From assembly GCA_964640055.1 (NCBI GenBank), contig CAZXFH010000014.1:1853-65852 (forward strand): a DNA stretch of 64,000 nucleotides, in the 5' to 3' direction. The notes under the pieces were generated by a model, which made no database searches, was not told the origin of the DNA, and saw nothing but the letters and a program-made list of their open reading frames with translations. The position numbers and the translations under genes were made by a program. How positions within the stretch are numbered: position 1 is the stretch's first letter; every line of letters begins with the position of its first letter. Below are positions 41,816 through 50,394 of this stretch, piece after piece. Source of the stretch: an uncultured bacterium (GTDB lineage Bacteria > Fidelibacterota > UBA2242 > JAFGTP01).

Positions 41816-42808
41816 ATGAAAATCTCGAAACTATCCCATATCTTTATTATTTGTATGTTCCTCACCTCCATCTCTGAAATCCGGGCGGCTGAAGATTTTA
41901 ATACCACCGGATCCACTGGTTTTGTATTTCTGTCCCTCCCGGTCAGCGCCCGCTATGTTTCCATGGGTGAAACCGGGATCACCCTGGAAAACAGCAATGC
42001 CGACGGCCTTTTCATCAATCCGGCGCTGGGTGCCCGGGTCGACCGCACCAATAACTTGAGTCTGATCTATGGCAACTGGTATATGGATACCGGTCATCAT
42101 GCCCTGGCCTTTTTGCGCAAATTTCCCCTCATCGGATCCTTTGGTCTGACGATCAACTATTTTGATTTCGGTTCGATTCAAAAAACCAGAACCATTACTT
42201 CTTCAGAATTGTCTACGCTGGGGCCCGAGGACAATAATATCTACAGAGACCTGGGTTCCTACTCCGCCTATGGACTCGCTACCGGCCTGGCCTATTCACG
42301 GTTTCTAACCACTAATTTCAGTTTCGGTGCCAATCTTAAATATGTGCGGGAAACCATTGATGAGTATTTTACCGATAATCTACTGGTGGATATCGGCTTT
42401 GTTTACAATACCGGGATCGGACCTTTACGGGTGGGTGCTTATCTGAACAATTTTGGTCTTGAAGCTGAATATGTGGATGAACAGTTCAAGATGCCGCAAA
42501 AATTGATCCTGGGGATTTCCGGGGAAGTTTTCGGCAGCCTGAAGGAGCCGACTTATCTCACCTTATTGACCGAAGCCATTCATCCCAATGATGCCGCGGA
42601 ACGGGTTCATTTCGGTCTGGAAGCCCGCATTGCCGATTTGTTATTCTTGCGGGCCGGTTATAAATACGGTTATGAATTTGAGAATGTAACCGTTGGTCTG
42701 GGAGCCAAATTTGTCTACCACGCCATACCCTATAAATTTGATTTATCCTATATGAATCACACCTATCTCGAACATACCATCAGGTACACTTTATCAATGG
42801 GGATATAA
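41816..42808 (+). CDS. PorV/PorQ-family outer membrane beta-barrel (T9SS-associated)
   Basis: The N-terminus after the signal, 'GSTGFVFLSLPVSARYVSMGETGITLENSNADGLFINPALGA', matches the conserved PorV/LptO/PorQ N-terminal motif (AAFLxIxxGARAxGMGGA...NPAGLA). The predicted beta-barrel ends in an aromatic residue. Confidence 0.55.
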   Translation: MKISKLSHIFIICMFLTSISEIRAAEDFNTTGSTGFVFLSLPVSARYVSMGETGITLENSNADGLFINPALGARVDRTNNLSLIYGNWYMDTGHHALAFLRKFPLIGSFGLTINYFDFGSIQKTRTITSSELSTLGPEDNNIYRDLGSYSAYGLATGLAYSRFLTTNFSFGANLKYVRETIDEYFTDNLLVDIGFVYNTGIGPLRVGAYLNNFGLEAEYVDEQFKMPQKLILGISGEVFGSLKEPTYLTLLTEAIHPNDAAERVHFGLEARIADLLFLRAGYKYGYEFENVTVGLGAKFVYHAIPYKFDLSYMNHTYLEHTIRYTLSMGI

Positions 42809-42811
42809 TCT

Positions 42812-43753
42812 ATGTTGAAAATAATTCGATATGTTCTGTTAAATTTGCTGATTACAGCGGTTATTTTCGCCCAGGGAAAACCGATTGAGATCAAATTATT
42901 GGCTGGTAGTCAGCAGCAAAATAAAGCCAAGGTCGCCCGGGAAGCTTACGGCTGGAATACCGGCGCACAGCTGAACTATCTGTTAAGCGATAACTGGGCC
43001 ACCAGCTTCCGTTTCTCTTTTGATTATATGCATTTAAAAGAAGACTCCGTGCTGCTGGAATGGAACTGGCCCTATTGGGAGCAGCGCTATATTGACTGGT
43101 TGCTGACCGGAGCCGATCAAACCGAGGTGGATTCCATTAACCGTGCCAAGGAATACTGGCGGCCCGACTCCAGCTATCACGGCGTCTTTAACCCCTATCA
43201 GTGGGTTCAGGAACTCAGTTTTTCCTTTGGATTACAATACCGGTATCACCTGACCGACCGCTTTATGCTGTATGCCCAGTCCGGAATTGGGTTTAATCTT
43301 TACGAAAGACGCCTGAAAATGGTCGAAAACTGGATGAAGGAATTCAACTGGCAATGGGATCTGCAAAAAGTGGCGGACAGTACCTATTCCGATGAAGAGA
43401 TATGGAAATATCATACTTTTATGAAGCTGCATGACAAAAATCCGGATACCTATCGCACCGCATATAATGAAGATAGTACTCAAGTATCCCTGACCTATAA
43501 ATATTACCGTGATGTAACCCATTTTGCACCCAGCAAACGGGGTACTCGGCTCTTTGTGACCCCCAATATCGGTTGCCGTTTCCGCTTGACGGAAACCCTG
43601 GACCTGGATCTAAGTTACCACGGGGTATGGTATCTCAAGGGAGGCGTCATCACCCAATTAGAAGATCTATTCCGGATCCGGGATAACAGTATCAAATGGT
43701 TTCCGTTTGAGACAAAAAGTATGCTCACCCTGGGCTTAACCGTCAGATATTAA
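42812..43753 (+). CDS. Hypothetical outer-membrane protein (signal peptide, aromatic C-terminus), 313 aa
   Basis: Signal peptide, W/Y-rich sequence, and a C-terminal 'LTLGLTVRY' beta-barrel-like terminus. Confidence 0.4.
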   Translation: MLKIIRYVLLNLLITAVIFAQGKPIEIKLLAGSQQQNKAKVAREAYGWNTGAQLNYLLSDNWATSFRFSFDYMHLKEDSVLLEWNWPYWEQRYIDWLLTGADQTEVDSINRAKEYWRPDSSYHGVFNPYQWVQELSFSFGLQYRYHLTDRFMLYAQSGIGFNLYERRLKMVENWMKEFNWQWDLQKVADSTYSDEEIWKYHTFMKLHDKNPDTYRTAYNEDSTQVSLTYKYYRDVTHFAPSKRGTRLFVTPNIGCRFRLTETLDLDLSYHGVWYLKGGVITQLEDLFRIRDNSIKWFPFETKSMLTLGLTVRY

Positions 43754-43772
43754 ATGTTGAGGTAGATGAACT

Positions 43773-44411
43773 ATGAAGATAATTCGCAACAGGATTGGTT
43801 TTGTTTTAGCCCTCTTATTTATGTTTACTACCCGGATCTATGCCCAGAGCGGCTGGTATATCGCTGCTCATGGCGCTTTCAGCAAACCGATTGGCCAGTT
43901 GAGCAACTGGTTCAAATACGGACAAACCCTGTCCTTCAGTATGGGACAGCAAAATGAGAAAGACTGGTTTGTGGAAGGGATGCTGGAGTATTCAGCCTAT
44001 ACCCAGGAAAACCTTTCCGGCTATCCCAAAGGCAAATTAGAGCTATATTTAAAACATGTGGCCATCTGGGCGAACGGTAAATACCCCTTGCTCTCATTCG
44101 GAAATTTCACCCCCTATCTCAGCATTGCCGGGGGTCCGGTATACTGGGAAGGCCGGCGCGGTGAAATTGACGCCAATGAAGAACTGAGTATCCCGCACAT
44201 TCCGGCCAAACTTTTACATGAATGGGATATGGGCGCGAAACTGGGTCTCGGATTTTTTATTAACTTTGGCCGGCTCAAATTAAGCGGAACCGCCAATTAC
44301 AGATTAATAATCGGTAATCTCTACCCCACCATGCAGGAATACATCGAGCTGGACGGGGTAAACGGATTTCAATCCCTTAATTTCCGGACCGGCATATATT
44401 ATCATTTTTAA
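43773..44411 (+). CDS. Small outer-membrane beta-barrel protein (OmpW/OMP_b-brl-like), 212 aa
   Basis: Signal peptide, alternating hydrophobic beta-strands, and a C-terminal 'GIYYHF'. Confidence 0.45.
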   Translation: MKIIRNRIGFVLALLFMFTTRIYAQSGWYIAAHGAFSKPIGQLSNWFKYGQTLSFSMGQQNEKDWFVEGMLEYSAYTQENLSGYPKGKLELYLKHVAIWANGKYPLLSFGNFTPYLSIAGGPVYWEGRRGEIDANEELSIPHIPAKLLHEWDMGAKLGLGFFINFGRLKLSGTANYRLIIGNLYPTMQEYIELDGVNGFQSLNFRTGIYYHF

Positions 44412-44429
44412 AACCAAACGAGGATACTT

Positions 44430-46439
44430 ATGAAGAAAGCAGTTTTATTTTTCTCAGTCATGCTCGCCTTTTTATTCAATCAGTCGCTCATTTCAGCCAA
44501 ACCCTATGAAATCATCTGGAAAAACACAGACCTTTTTGAGAGCGGTGATTATGATCCCACCCGCGGGGTGGTCTGGAATCCGCATACCGATCATCTGTTG
44601 GTGGTAACCCGCTCCGATCCCTACCCCCGCATTGAAGTACTGGATCCGGCGACGGGTACGAAACTGGATGAACTGGATACTACCGGGCTGAGTACCATCC
44701 AGACCGAAGAAGGCATCGGACAGATCGATATTGATGACGAAGGTAATATTTATGTATGTAATCTGGGTTCCAAAACGCAGAACTGGAATTTCCGTGTCTG
44801 GCGCTATGATAACGAGCAAGCCACGCCCTACCTGGCGTTTGATGATATGCTTGATTCCGGCGACGATACCAATGAAAAGGAGTGGTATGGCGCCGCCTTT
44901 GAAGTGATTGGCTCCGGGACAAATACTTATCTGTATACCAGTGGCTGGCAAAATAAACAGATAGCTGTACTGAAACTGAATGACAGGAATATGTTTGTTG
45001 TGGATCACTTTATTGCTCTGCCAACGATCAATAGTGCCCGCCATGGTATTTCAGCGCTCACACCAGGCGGCAATCTCTGGATCAGTGGAGCCGGGACCAC
45101 CGATCCGCCGGTCCGATTGATTTCCAATGAAGGTAATGTGCTGGCGGAAGTGCCCAGTGATACCATGATCGGTGGTGCGGCCAGTGAGGCAATGCATTGG
45201 CATATCGGCCCCTATAATCTGATCACAGCTATTAACGCCAATAGTATCGCCCACACGATCATTACGATCCAGTATAGCATGGATGCTTTGGGAACGGTTA
45301 ATTTTGATTATTTTGGTCCCCTGTCCGATAGCCTGGCTACCGGGAATATCAATGCCACGGCCGTGATGTGCTATGATACCACCCGTAACTGGCTCTACTG
45401 CCTGGATGGCAATAATTTCTTAGCCGCCCTTGATCTTAATAATCTGGCGCAGGTGACCACGCCCCGGGATACCGGATTGTTTGCCATTCAGTTGGATGGT
45501 AAGCGCCGGGAATATACCCATTATGAGAAATTAGCGACGGAAGGTGACCGCACCCTCTACTTCACCTGGTCCGATGATATTGTCTATACGGCCCTGAGTG
45601 GTAACACCCTCTATGCCCCCTATCAGGAACGGGGGCTTTATCTTGCCTTTAATACTGATCCTGATGGCAGCAATGGCACCAGCTCACCTCCCGATGGTTC
45701 TTCCGGGATTCAGGAATTACCATTTAAGGCCGATGTTGTGGTCAAAATGGATTCCGATGATTGGACTAATTTGCAGGAGGATCCTGTTAGTGATAAATGG
45801 ACCACGGGTATGGTCTATCAGTGGAATGGCTCTGCTTGGTCGGAAAGCACGATTGAAGGTCTGGATATCAATTACGGGGCCATGGGCATTATCGGGGACG
45901 GCAATGACAGTCTGATCACCGAAGTGGGTGTGGCCCGCAGTCCCCAGGGCATGGGGGCCAATGTCAGTCAAATGCAGGTTAAGGTCTACCTGGCGGAAAC
46001 CGCTTCTGACGGGAATGTCCTGGCAGCCTTTCCCAATAACAATGAAACCGGTAACGGGGTTTCCTTTAGCAGTTATTATGAATTTAGCGATCTGGATCAT
46101 GGTGTCTATCCGGCCTATGATGTCAATACGGTCGGTGCAGGTACCGGGCTTGTATCCGAGCAACCGGTTGCAGAACAATACCAGCTGGCGCAGAATTATC
46201 CCAATCCCTTTAATCCGGTGACCACGATCGCATACACCCTCTCGCGACCGGGATGGGTGGAACTTGCAATCTTTGATCTCCAGGGACGGCAGCTCCAAAA
46301 ATTGGTTGACGCTACTCAGCCAGCCGGCCGGCAGAGCATAATTTTTAATGGTAATCGTCTCTGCAGCGGGGTATATTTTTACCGGTTGAAAATCAATGGA
46401 CAAACCAGAGGCATTCGCAAGATGGCCTTGGTCAAATAA
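44430..46439 (+). CDS. Secreted beta-propeller-like protein with C-terminal T9SS sorting domain (paralogue 1)
   Basis: 669 aa. It has a signal peptide and a C-terminus 'LAQNYPNPFNPVTTIAYTLSRPGWVELAIFDLQGRQL...GVYFYRL'. Confidence 0.7.
   Translation: MKKAVLFFSVMLAFLFNQSLISAKPYEIIWKNTDLFESGDYDPTRGVVWNPHTDHLLVVTRSDPYPRIEVLDPATGTKLDELDTTGLSTIQTEEGIGQIDIDDEGNIYVCNLGSKTQNWNFRVWRYDNEQATPYLAFDDMLDSGDDTNEKEWYGAAFEVIGSGTNTYLYTSGWQNKQIAVLKLNDRNMFVVDHFIALPTINSARHGISALTPGGNLWISGAGTTDPPVRLISNEGNVLAEVPSDTMIGGAASEAMHWHIGPYNLITAINANSIAHTIITIQYSMDALGTVNFDYFGPLSDSLATGNINATAVMCYDTTRNWLYCLDGNNFLAALDLNNLAQVTTPRDTGLFAIQLDGKRREYTHYEKLATEGDRTLYFTWSDDIVYTALSGNTLYAPYQERGLYLAFNTDPDGSNGTSSPPDGSSGIQELPFKADVVVKMDSDDWTNLQEDPVSDKWTTGMVYQWNGSAWSESTIEGLDINYGAMGIIGDGNDSLITEVGVARSPQGMGANVSQMQVKVYLAETASDGNVLAAFPNNNETGNGVSFSSYYEFSDLDHGVYPAYDVNTVGAGTGLVSEQPVAEQYQLAQNYPNPFNPVTTIAYTLSRPGWVELAIFDLQGRQLQKLVDATQPAGRQSIIFNGNRLCSGVYFYRLKINGQTRGIRKMALVK
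45468..46300 (+). repeat. About 830-bp near-identical tract shared with 47458-48290 (340 bp at 100% identity, remainder about 95%)
   Basis: Direct comparison of the two tandem paralogues. Identical alternate-frame ORFs (45598-45915 and 47588-47905) in the ORF track confirm DNA-level identity. Confidence 0.85.
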
Positions 46440-46455
46440 GAATCGGAGGATAAAA

Positions 46456-48429
46456 ATGAAACGGTTAATCATAATTTTCAACATCATTATCATACTTAGC
46501 AGCCTGCTGGGCGCTTATGCCTTGAACTGGGCCAATTATGAGTATATCAATCCGGGTTCTGATGTGACCCGCAGCTTAGCTTATAGCCCTATTACGGATC
46601 ATCTCTATCTGGCCACGCGGTTCAATAATAAAGCTCGCATCATAATTCTCAATCCGGAAGATGGGACCACGTTAGGCATGCTGGATACCACTGCAAACGG
46701 TTTCCAGGGCGGGACCTATCGCCTCAACCAGGTCGCCGTCTCGGATGACGGCACTGTCTATGCTTGTAACCTGAGTGTCCCCAATATAAATGCTGCCGAT
46801 CAGTTCAAAATTTACCGCTACACTGATGAAAGTGTGGCACCCGAACTGATCTTCGAAGATGCTATGGACGGTAATCGCTACGGTGATTCCTTTGCTGCGA
46901 TCGGCTCCGGTGACAATACCTATTTATACGCCAGTGGATTTGATAGCGATAAGTTAGCTGTTTTTAAATCTACAAATAGAGTTACTCAAGTTGAAGATAT
47001 CATTACACTTCCATCAATTAATTCTGCACGCCATAGTATCTCTCCGACAGAACCAAGTGGTAATCTTTGGATTAGTGGAGCAGGAACATCAGATCCTCCT
47101 GTTCGATTAATTGATAATACCGGAAATATTCTTGTAGAGGTTCCAACTGATACAATGATAGGAGCTGCTGCCGGTGCGGCACATCCATGGAAATTAGGTC
47201 CATATAATCTTATATCAGCAATCCACACTAATGCACAAGCTCACACAATTCTCACAATACAATATAATGTTGATGAATTAGGAACATATTATCTTGATTA
47301 TTTTGGGAATAGATCCGATTCCCTGGCTACTGGAAATATAAATGCAACGTCAGTAATTAATTATGATTCTACACGCCATTCTTTATATGTATTAGACGGA
47401 ACAAATTTTGTGTCATCATTCAACTTAGACAGTCTAGTACAAGTATCAACCCCCCGGGATACCGGACTGCTTGCCATTCAGTTGGATGGTAAGCGCCGGG
47501 AATACACCCATTATGAGAAATTAGCGACGGAAGGTGACCGCACCCTCTACTTCACCTGGTCCGATGATATTGTCTATACGGCCCTGAGTGGTAACACCCT
47601 CTATGCCCCCTATCAGGAACGGGGGCTTTATCTTGCCTTTAATACTGATCCTGATGGCAGCAATGGCACCAGCTCACCTCCCGATGGTTCTTCCGGGATT
47701 CAGGAATTACCATTTAAGGCCGATGTTGTGGTCAAAATGGATTCCGATGATTGGACTAATTTGCAGGAGGATCCTGTTAGTGATAAATGGACCACGGGTA
47801 TGGTCTATCAGTGGAATGGCTCGGCCTGGTCAGAAAGCACGATCGAAGGACTGGATATTAATTACGGGGCCATGGGCATCATCGGGGATGGTAATGGCAG
47901 TCTGATTACCGAAGTGGGTGTCGCCCGCAGTCCCCAGGGCATGGGTAACACCGTCAGTCAAATGCAGGTCAAGGTCTACCTGGCGGAAACTGCTTCTGAC
48001 GGGAATGTATTGGCTGCTTTTCCCAATAACAATGAAACCGGTAACGGTGTTTCCTTTAGCAGCTATTATGAATTTAGCGATCTGGGTCATGGTGTCTATC
48101 CGGCCTATGATGTGCATACGGTCGGTACGGGTACCGGGCTTGTATCCGAGCAACCGGTTGCAGAACAATATCAGCTGGCGCAGAATTATCCCAATCCCTT
48201 TAATCCGGTCACCACGATCGCATACACCCTCTCGCAACCGGGATGGGTGGAGCTGGCAATCTTTGATCTTCAGGGACGGCTGGTAACCAGAATCGTGCAA
48301 TCCCGGCAACAAAAAGGTCATTATAAACAGCGCTTTAATGCCCGGGAACAGGCCAGCGGTGTTTATTTTTACCGGCTGATGGTTGATGGAAAGATAATGA
48401 CCATTAAAAAAATGGCTTATTTGAAATAA
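46456..48429 (+). CDS. Secreted beta-propeller-like protein with C-terminal T9SS sorting domain (paralogue 2)
   Basis: The true start is probably the Met at 46456 (MKRLIIIF..., preceded by GGAGGA). The N-terminal half is about 65% identical in protein to paralogue 1, and the C-terminal half is nearly identical at the DNA level. Confidence 0.7.
   Translation: MKRLIIIFNIIIILSSLLGAYALNWANYEYINPGSDVTRSLAYSPITDHLYLATRFNNKARIIILNPEDGTTLGMLDTTANGFQGGTYRLNQVAVSDDGTVYACNLSVPNINAADQFKIYRYTDESVAPELIFEDAMDGNRYGDSFAAIGSGDNTYLYASGFDSDKLAVFKSTNRVTQVEDIITLPSINSARHSISPTEPSGNLWISGAGTSDPPVRLIDNTGNILVEVPTDTMIGAAAGAAHPWKLGPYNLISAIHTNAQAHTILTIQYNVDELGTYYLDYFGNRSDSLATGNINATSVINYDSTRHSLYVLDGTNFVSSFNLDSLVQVSTPRDTGLLAIQLDGKRREYTHYEKLATEGDRTLYFTWSDDIVYTALSGNTLYAPYQERGLYLAFNTDPDGSNGTSSPPDGSSGIQELPFKADVVVKMDSDDWTNLQEDPVSDKWTTGMVYQWNGSAWSESTIEGLDINYGAMGIIGDGNGSLITEVGVARSPQGMGNTVSQMQVKVYLAETASDGNVLAAFPNNNETGNGVSFSSYYEFSDLGHGVYPAYDVHTVGTGTGLVSEQPVAEQYQLAQNYPNPFNPVTTIAYTLSQPGWVELAIFDLQGRLVTRIVQSRQQKGHYKQRFNAREQASGVYFYRLMVDGKIMTIKKMAYLK
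47458..48290 (+). repeat. Second copy of the about 830-bp gene-conversion tract
   Basis: See 45468-46300. Confidence 0.85.
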
Positions 48430-48456
48430 ACAAAAATAATATAAATTGAGGGTTTA

Positions 48457-50343
48457 ATGCACCGTTTCCTGTCTGTATTACTGACAACATTATTACTATG
48501 TTCAACGCTCACCAGTTCTGTGTCGGAATTGCGGGGAACCTGGGTCGCCTGGGCCGGTACCAATGTGCCCTCTACCGATCAGATTGTAACCATTATGGAA
48601 AAACTGGCCGAAGCCAATTTCAATATGGTCTATGTCGATGTCTGGCGCTATGGTTATCCTTATTTCATCAGCGATGTTTTTAATAAATACGCCCGTTACT
48701 ACACGGATCCCTCTATCCATAACTTTCAGCAACCTGAACGAGATGTTTTAGCGGAAATGATCGTGGAAGCCCACCGGGTTGGTATGCAGGTTGAGGCCTG
48801 GTTTGAAGCCGGATTCAATGGTGCCGGCAACACCAGTAGTCCGCTCTATCAGATGAAGCCGGAATGGTTTGCCAAAAAGAAAGATGGCAGTACAGCCTAT
48901 TATGGACAAGCCGGCCCCGCCATGATCCACTGTCATCCCGAAGTGCAGCAATTCCTGATCGATCTGGCGCAGGAAGTGGTTCAAAAATATGATGTGGATG
49001 GTATTCAAATGGACCGCATTCGCTATCCTTCCCGGGATTGTGGTTATGACACCCTCACCGTCAATCTGTACAAACAGGAGCATGGCGGCAGCGCACCACC
49101 AGATGATATCAATGATCCGGAGTGGGTGCAATGGCGGGCCGACAAGTTAACCGAATTTATCGGCCGGTTTTATGATTCCTTAAAGGCCACCAATCCGGAT
49201 GTGATTATCTCCAATGCCACCATCCCCTGGGGGCCCATGGATTTCTGCCAGAACTGGTCAGCCTGGGCCAACCAGGGCTATCTGGATATCGTGATTCCCA
49301 TGCTCTATTACAACACCAATAGCTATTTCACCTACCAGTTGGAAAACAACAGCGAATTGGTGCAGGTCAATGATTTTGAGAGCATCTATCCCGGCGTGAC
49401 CACCGATGCCAATGGCAACTATACTGATCCGGCGCAGTTAGAGGCGATGATCTACACCACCCGGGATAAAGGTCTGCATGGCAATGTGCACTGGTATCAT
49501 GCCAACCTGATCTGGCATTCCAATGATTATTTAACCCACCTAAAACAGACGGTTTATGCCCAGCCGGCCGCGATTCCCTACCGACCGGCAGACTGGCGGC
49601 AACCCGCTATAATTATTGACGATACCTCTGCGAATGTCGTCAAAACCAATGGCTGGAACGCCTATAGTGGCAGTATTCCACTTTATAACGGTCGATGCCT
49701 GTATACTGATGCGGGCAATTCCGGTACCTGTACCTATTATTTTAATATTGAAAAAGCCGGTTGGTATGAACTATACGTCTTTATCAACACCCAGGTCAAT
49801 GCCAGCACCAATAGCAAATATACTGTCATTGCAGGCGGGACAAATCAGGATTACTGGGTTGATCAGACCATCCGGGGGAATGCGGGTCGCTGGGCAAAGT
49901 TAACCGACCTGTGGCTGGAAGCAGAGCAAAATCAAAAGGTGTTAACGCTGACAGCTAACAGCGGGGATGGCAATTTTGTATTTGCGGACGCGGCAATGCT
50001 GTTAAATACCAATCGACCACCCCAATATATTACTACCTTGGATGAGTCTGATAATGAATTTCTGAATGGAGTCGGTGCAAATCAGTTCGAACTGGACCAA
50101 AATTATCCGAATCCATTCAACGCGACCACCTTCATCCGCTTCCGGATAGCTAAAAAACAGCATTATCAGCTGGCTATCTTTGATACCAAAGGCAAACTGG
50201 TTAAAACCTTGTTTAATCAGGACATGGCTCCGGGGCATTACCATCTCCCGGTTGATATGAATGACGTTGCCAGCGGGGTCTATTTTTATACTCTTTCCTC
50301 TCCTGCCCGGCAGTTGAGCCAAAAGATGGTACTGATCAAATAA
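48457..50343 (+). CDS. Glycoside-hydrolase-like family 10 (GHL10) TIM-barrel protein with T9SS C-terminal sorting domain
   Basis: 628 aa. 'LRGTWVAWAGTN...FNMVYVDVWRYGYPYF...EAWFEAGFN' matches the GHL10 family. A beta-sandwich domain follows, with C-terminal 'FELDQNYPNPFNATTFIRFRI...GVYFYTL'. Confidence 0.65.
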   Translation: MHRFLSVLLTTLLLCSTLTSSVSELRGTWVAWAGTNVPSTDQIVTIMEKLAEANFNMVYVDVWRYGYPYFISDVFNKYARYYTDPSIHNFQQPERDVLAEMIVEAHRVGMQVEAWFEAGFNGAGNTSSPLYQMKPEWFAKKKDGSTAYYGQAGPAMIHCHPEVQQFLIDLAQEVVQKYDVDGIQMDRIRYPSRDCGYDTLTVNLYKQEHGGSAPPDDINDPEWVQWRADKLTEFIGRFYDSLKATNPDVIISNATIPWGPMDFCQNWSAWANQGYLDIVIPMLYYNTNSYFTYQLENNSELVQVNDFESIYPGVTTDANGNYTDPAQLEAMIYTTRDKGLHGNVHWYHANLIWHSNDYLTHLKQTVYAQPAAIPYRPADWRQPAIIIDDTSANVVKTNGWNAYSGSIPLYNGRCLYTDAGNSGTCTYYFNIEKAGWYELYVFINTQVNASTNSKYTVIAGGTNQDYWVDQTIRGNAGRWAKLTDLWLEAEQNQKVLTLTANSGDGNFVFADAAMLLNTNRPPQYITTLDESDNEFLNGVGANQFELDQNYPNPFNATTFIRFRIAKKQHYQLAIFDTKGKLVKTLFNQDMAPGHYHLPVDMNDVASGVYFYTLSSPARQLSQKMVLIK

Positions 50344-50394
50344 TGCCTGCCTGCCGTGCAGGAAAATTCCAGAATACTCGCTATAAAAGATTAG

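Noticed and set aside
45598-45915. Identical 105-aa '+'-frame ORFs at 45598-45915 and 47588-47905
   Set aside because: These are alternate-frame artefacts inside the two cargo paralogues. Their identity just reflects the identical DNA tract.
46396-46455. Upstream extension of paralogue 2 overlapping the end of paralogue 1
   Set aside because: The Met at 46456 has a GGAGGA RBS and starts a proper signal peptide (MKRLIIIFNIIIILSSLLGAYA). The upstream 20 codons overlap the previous gene.
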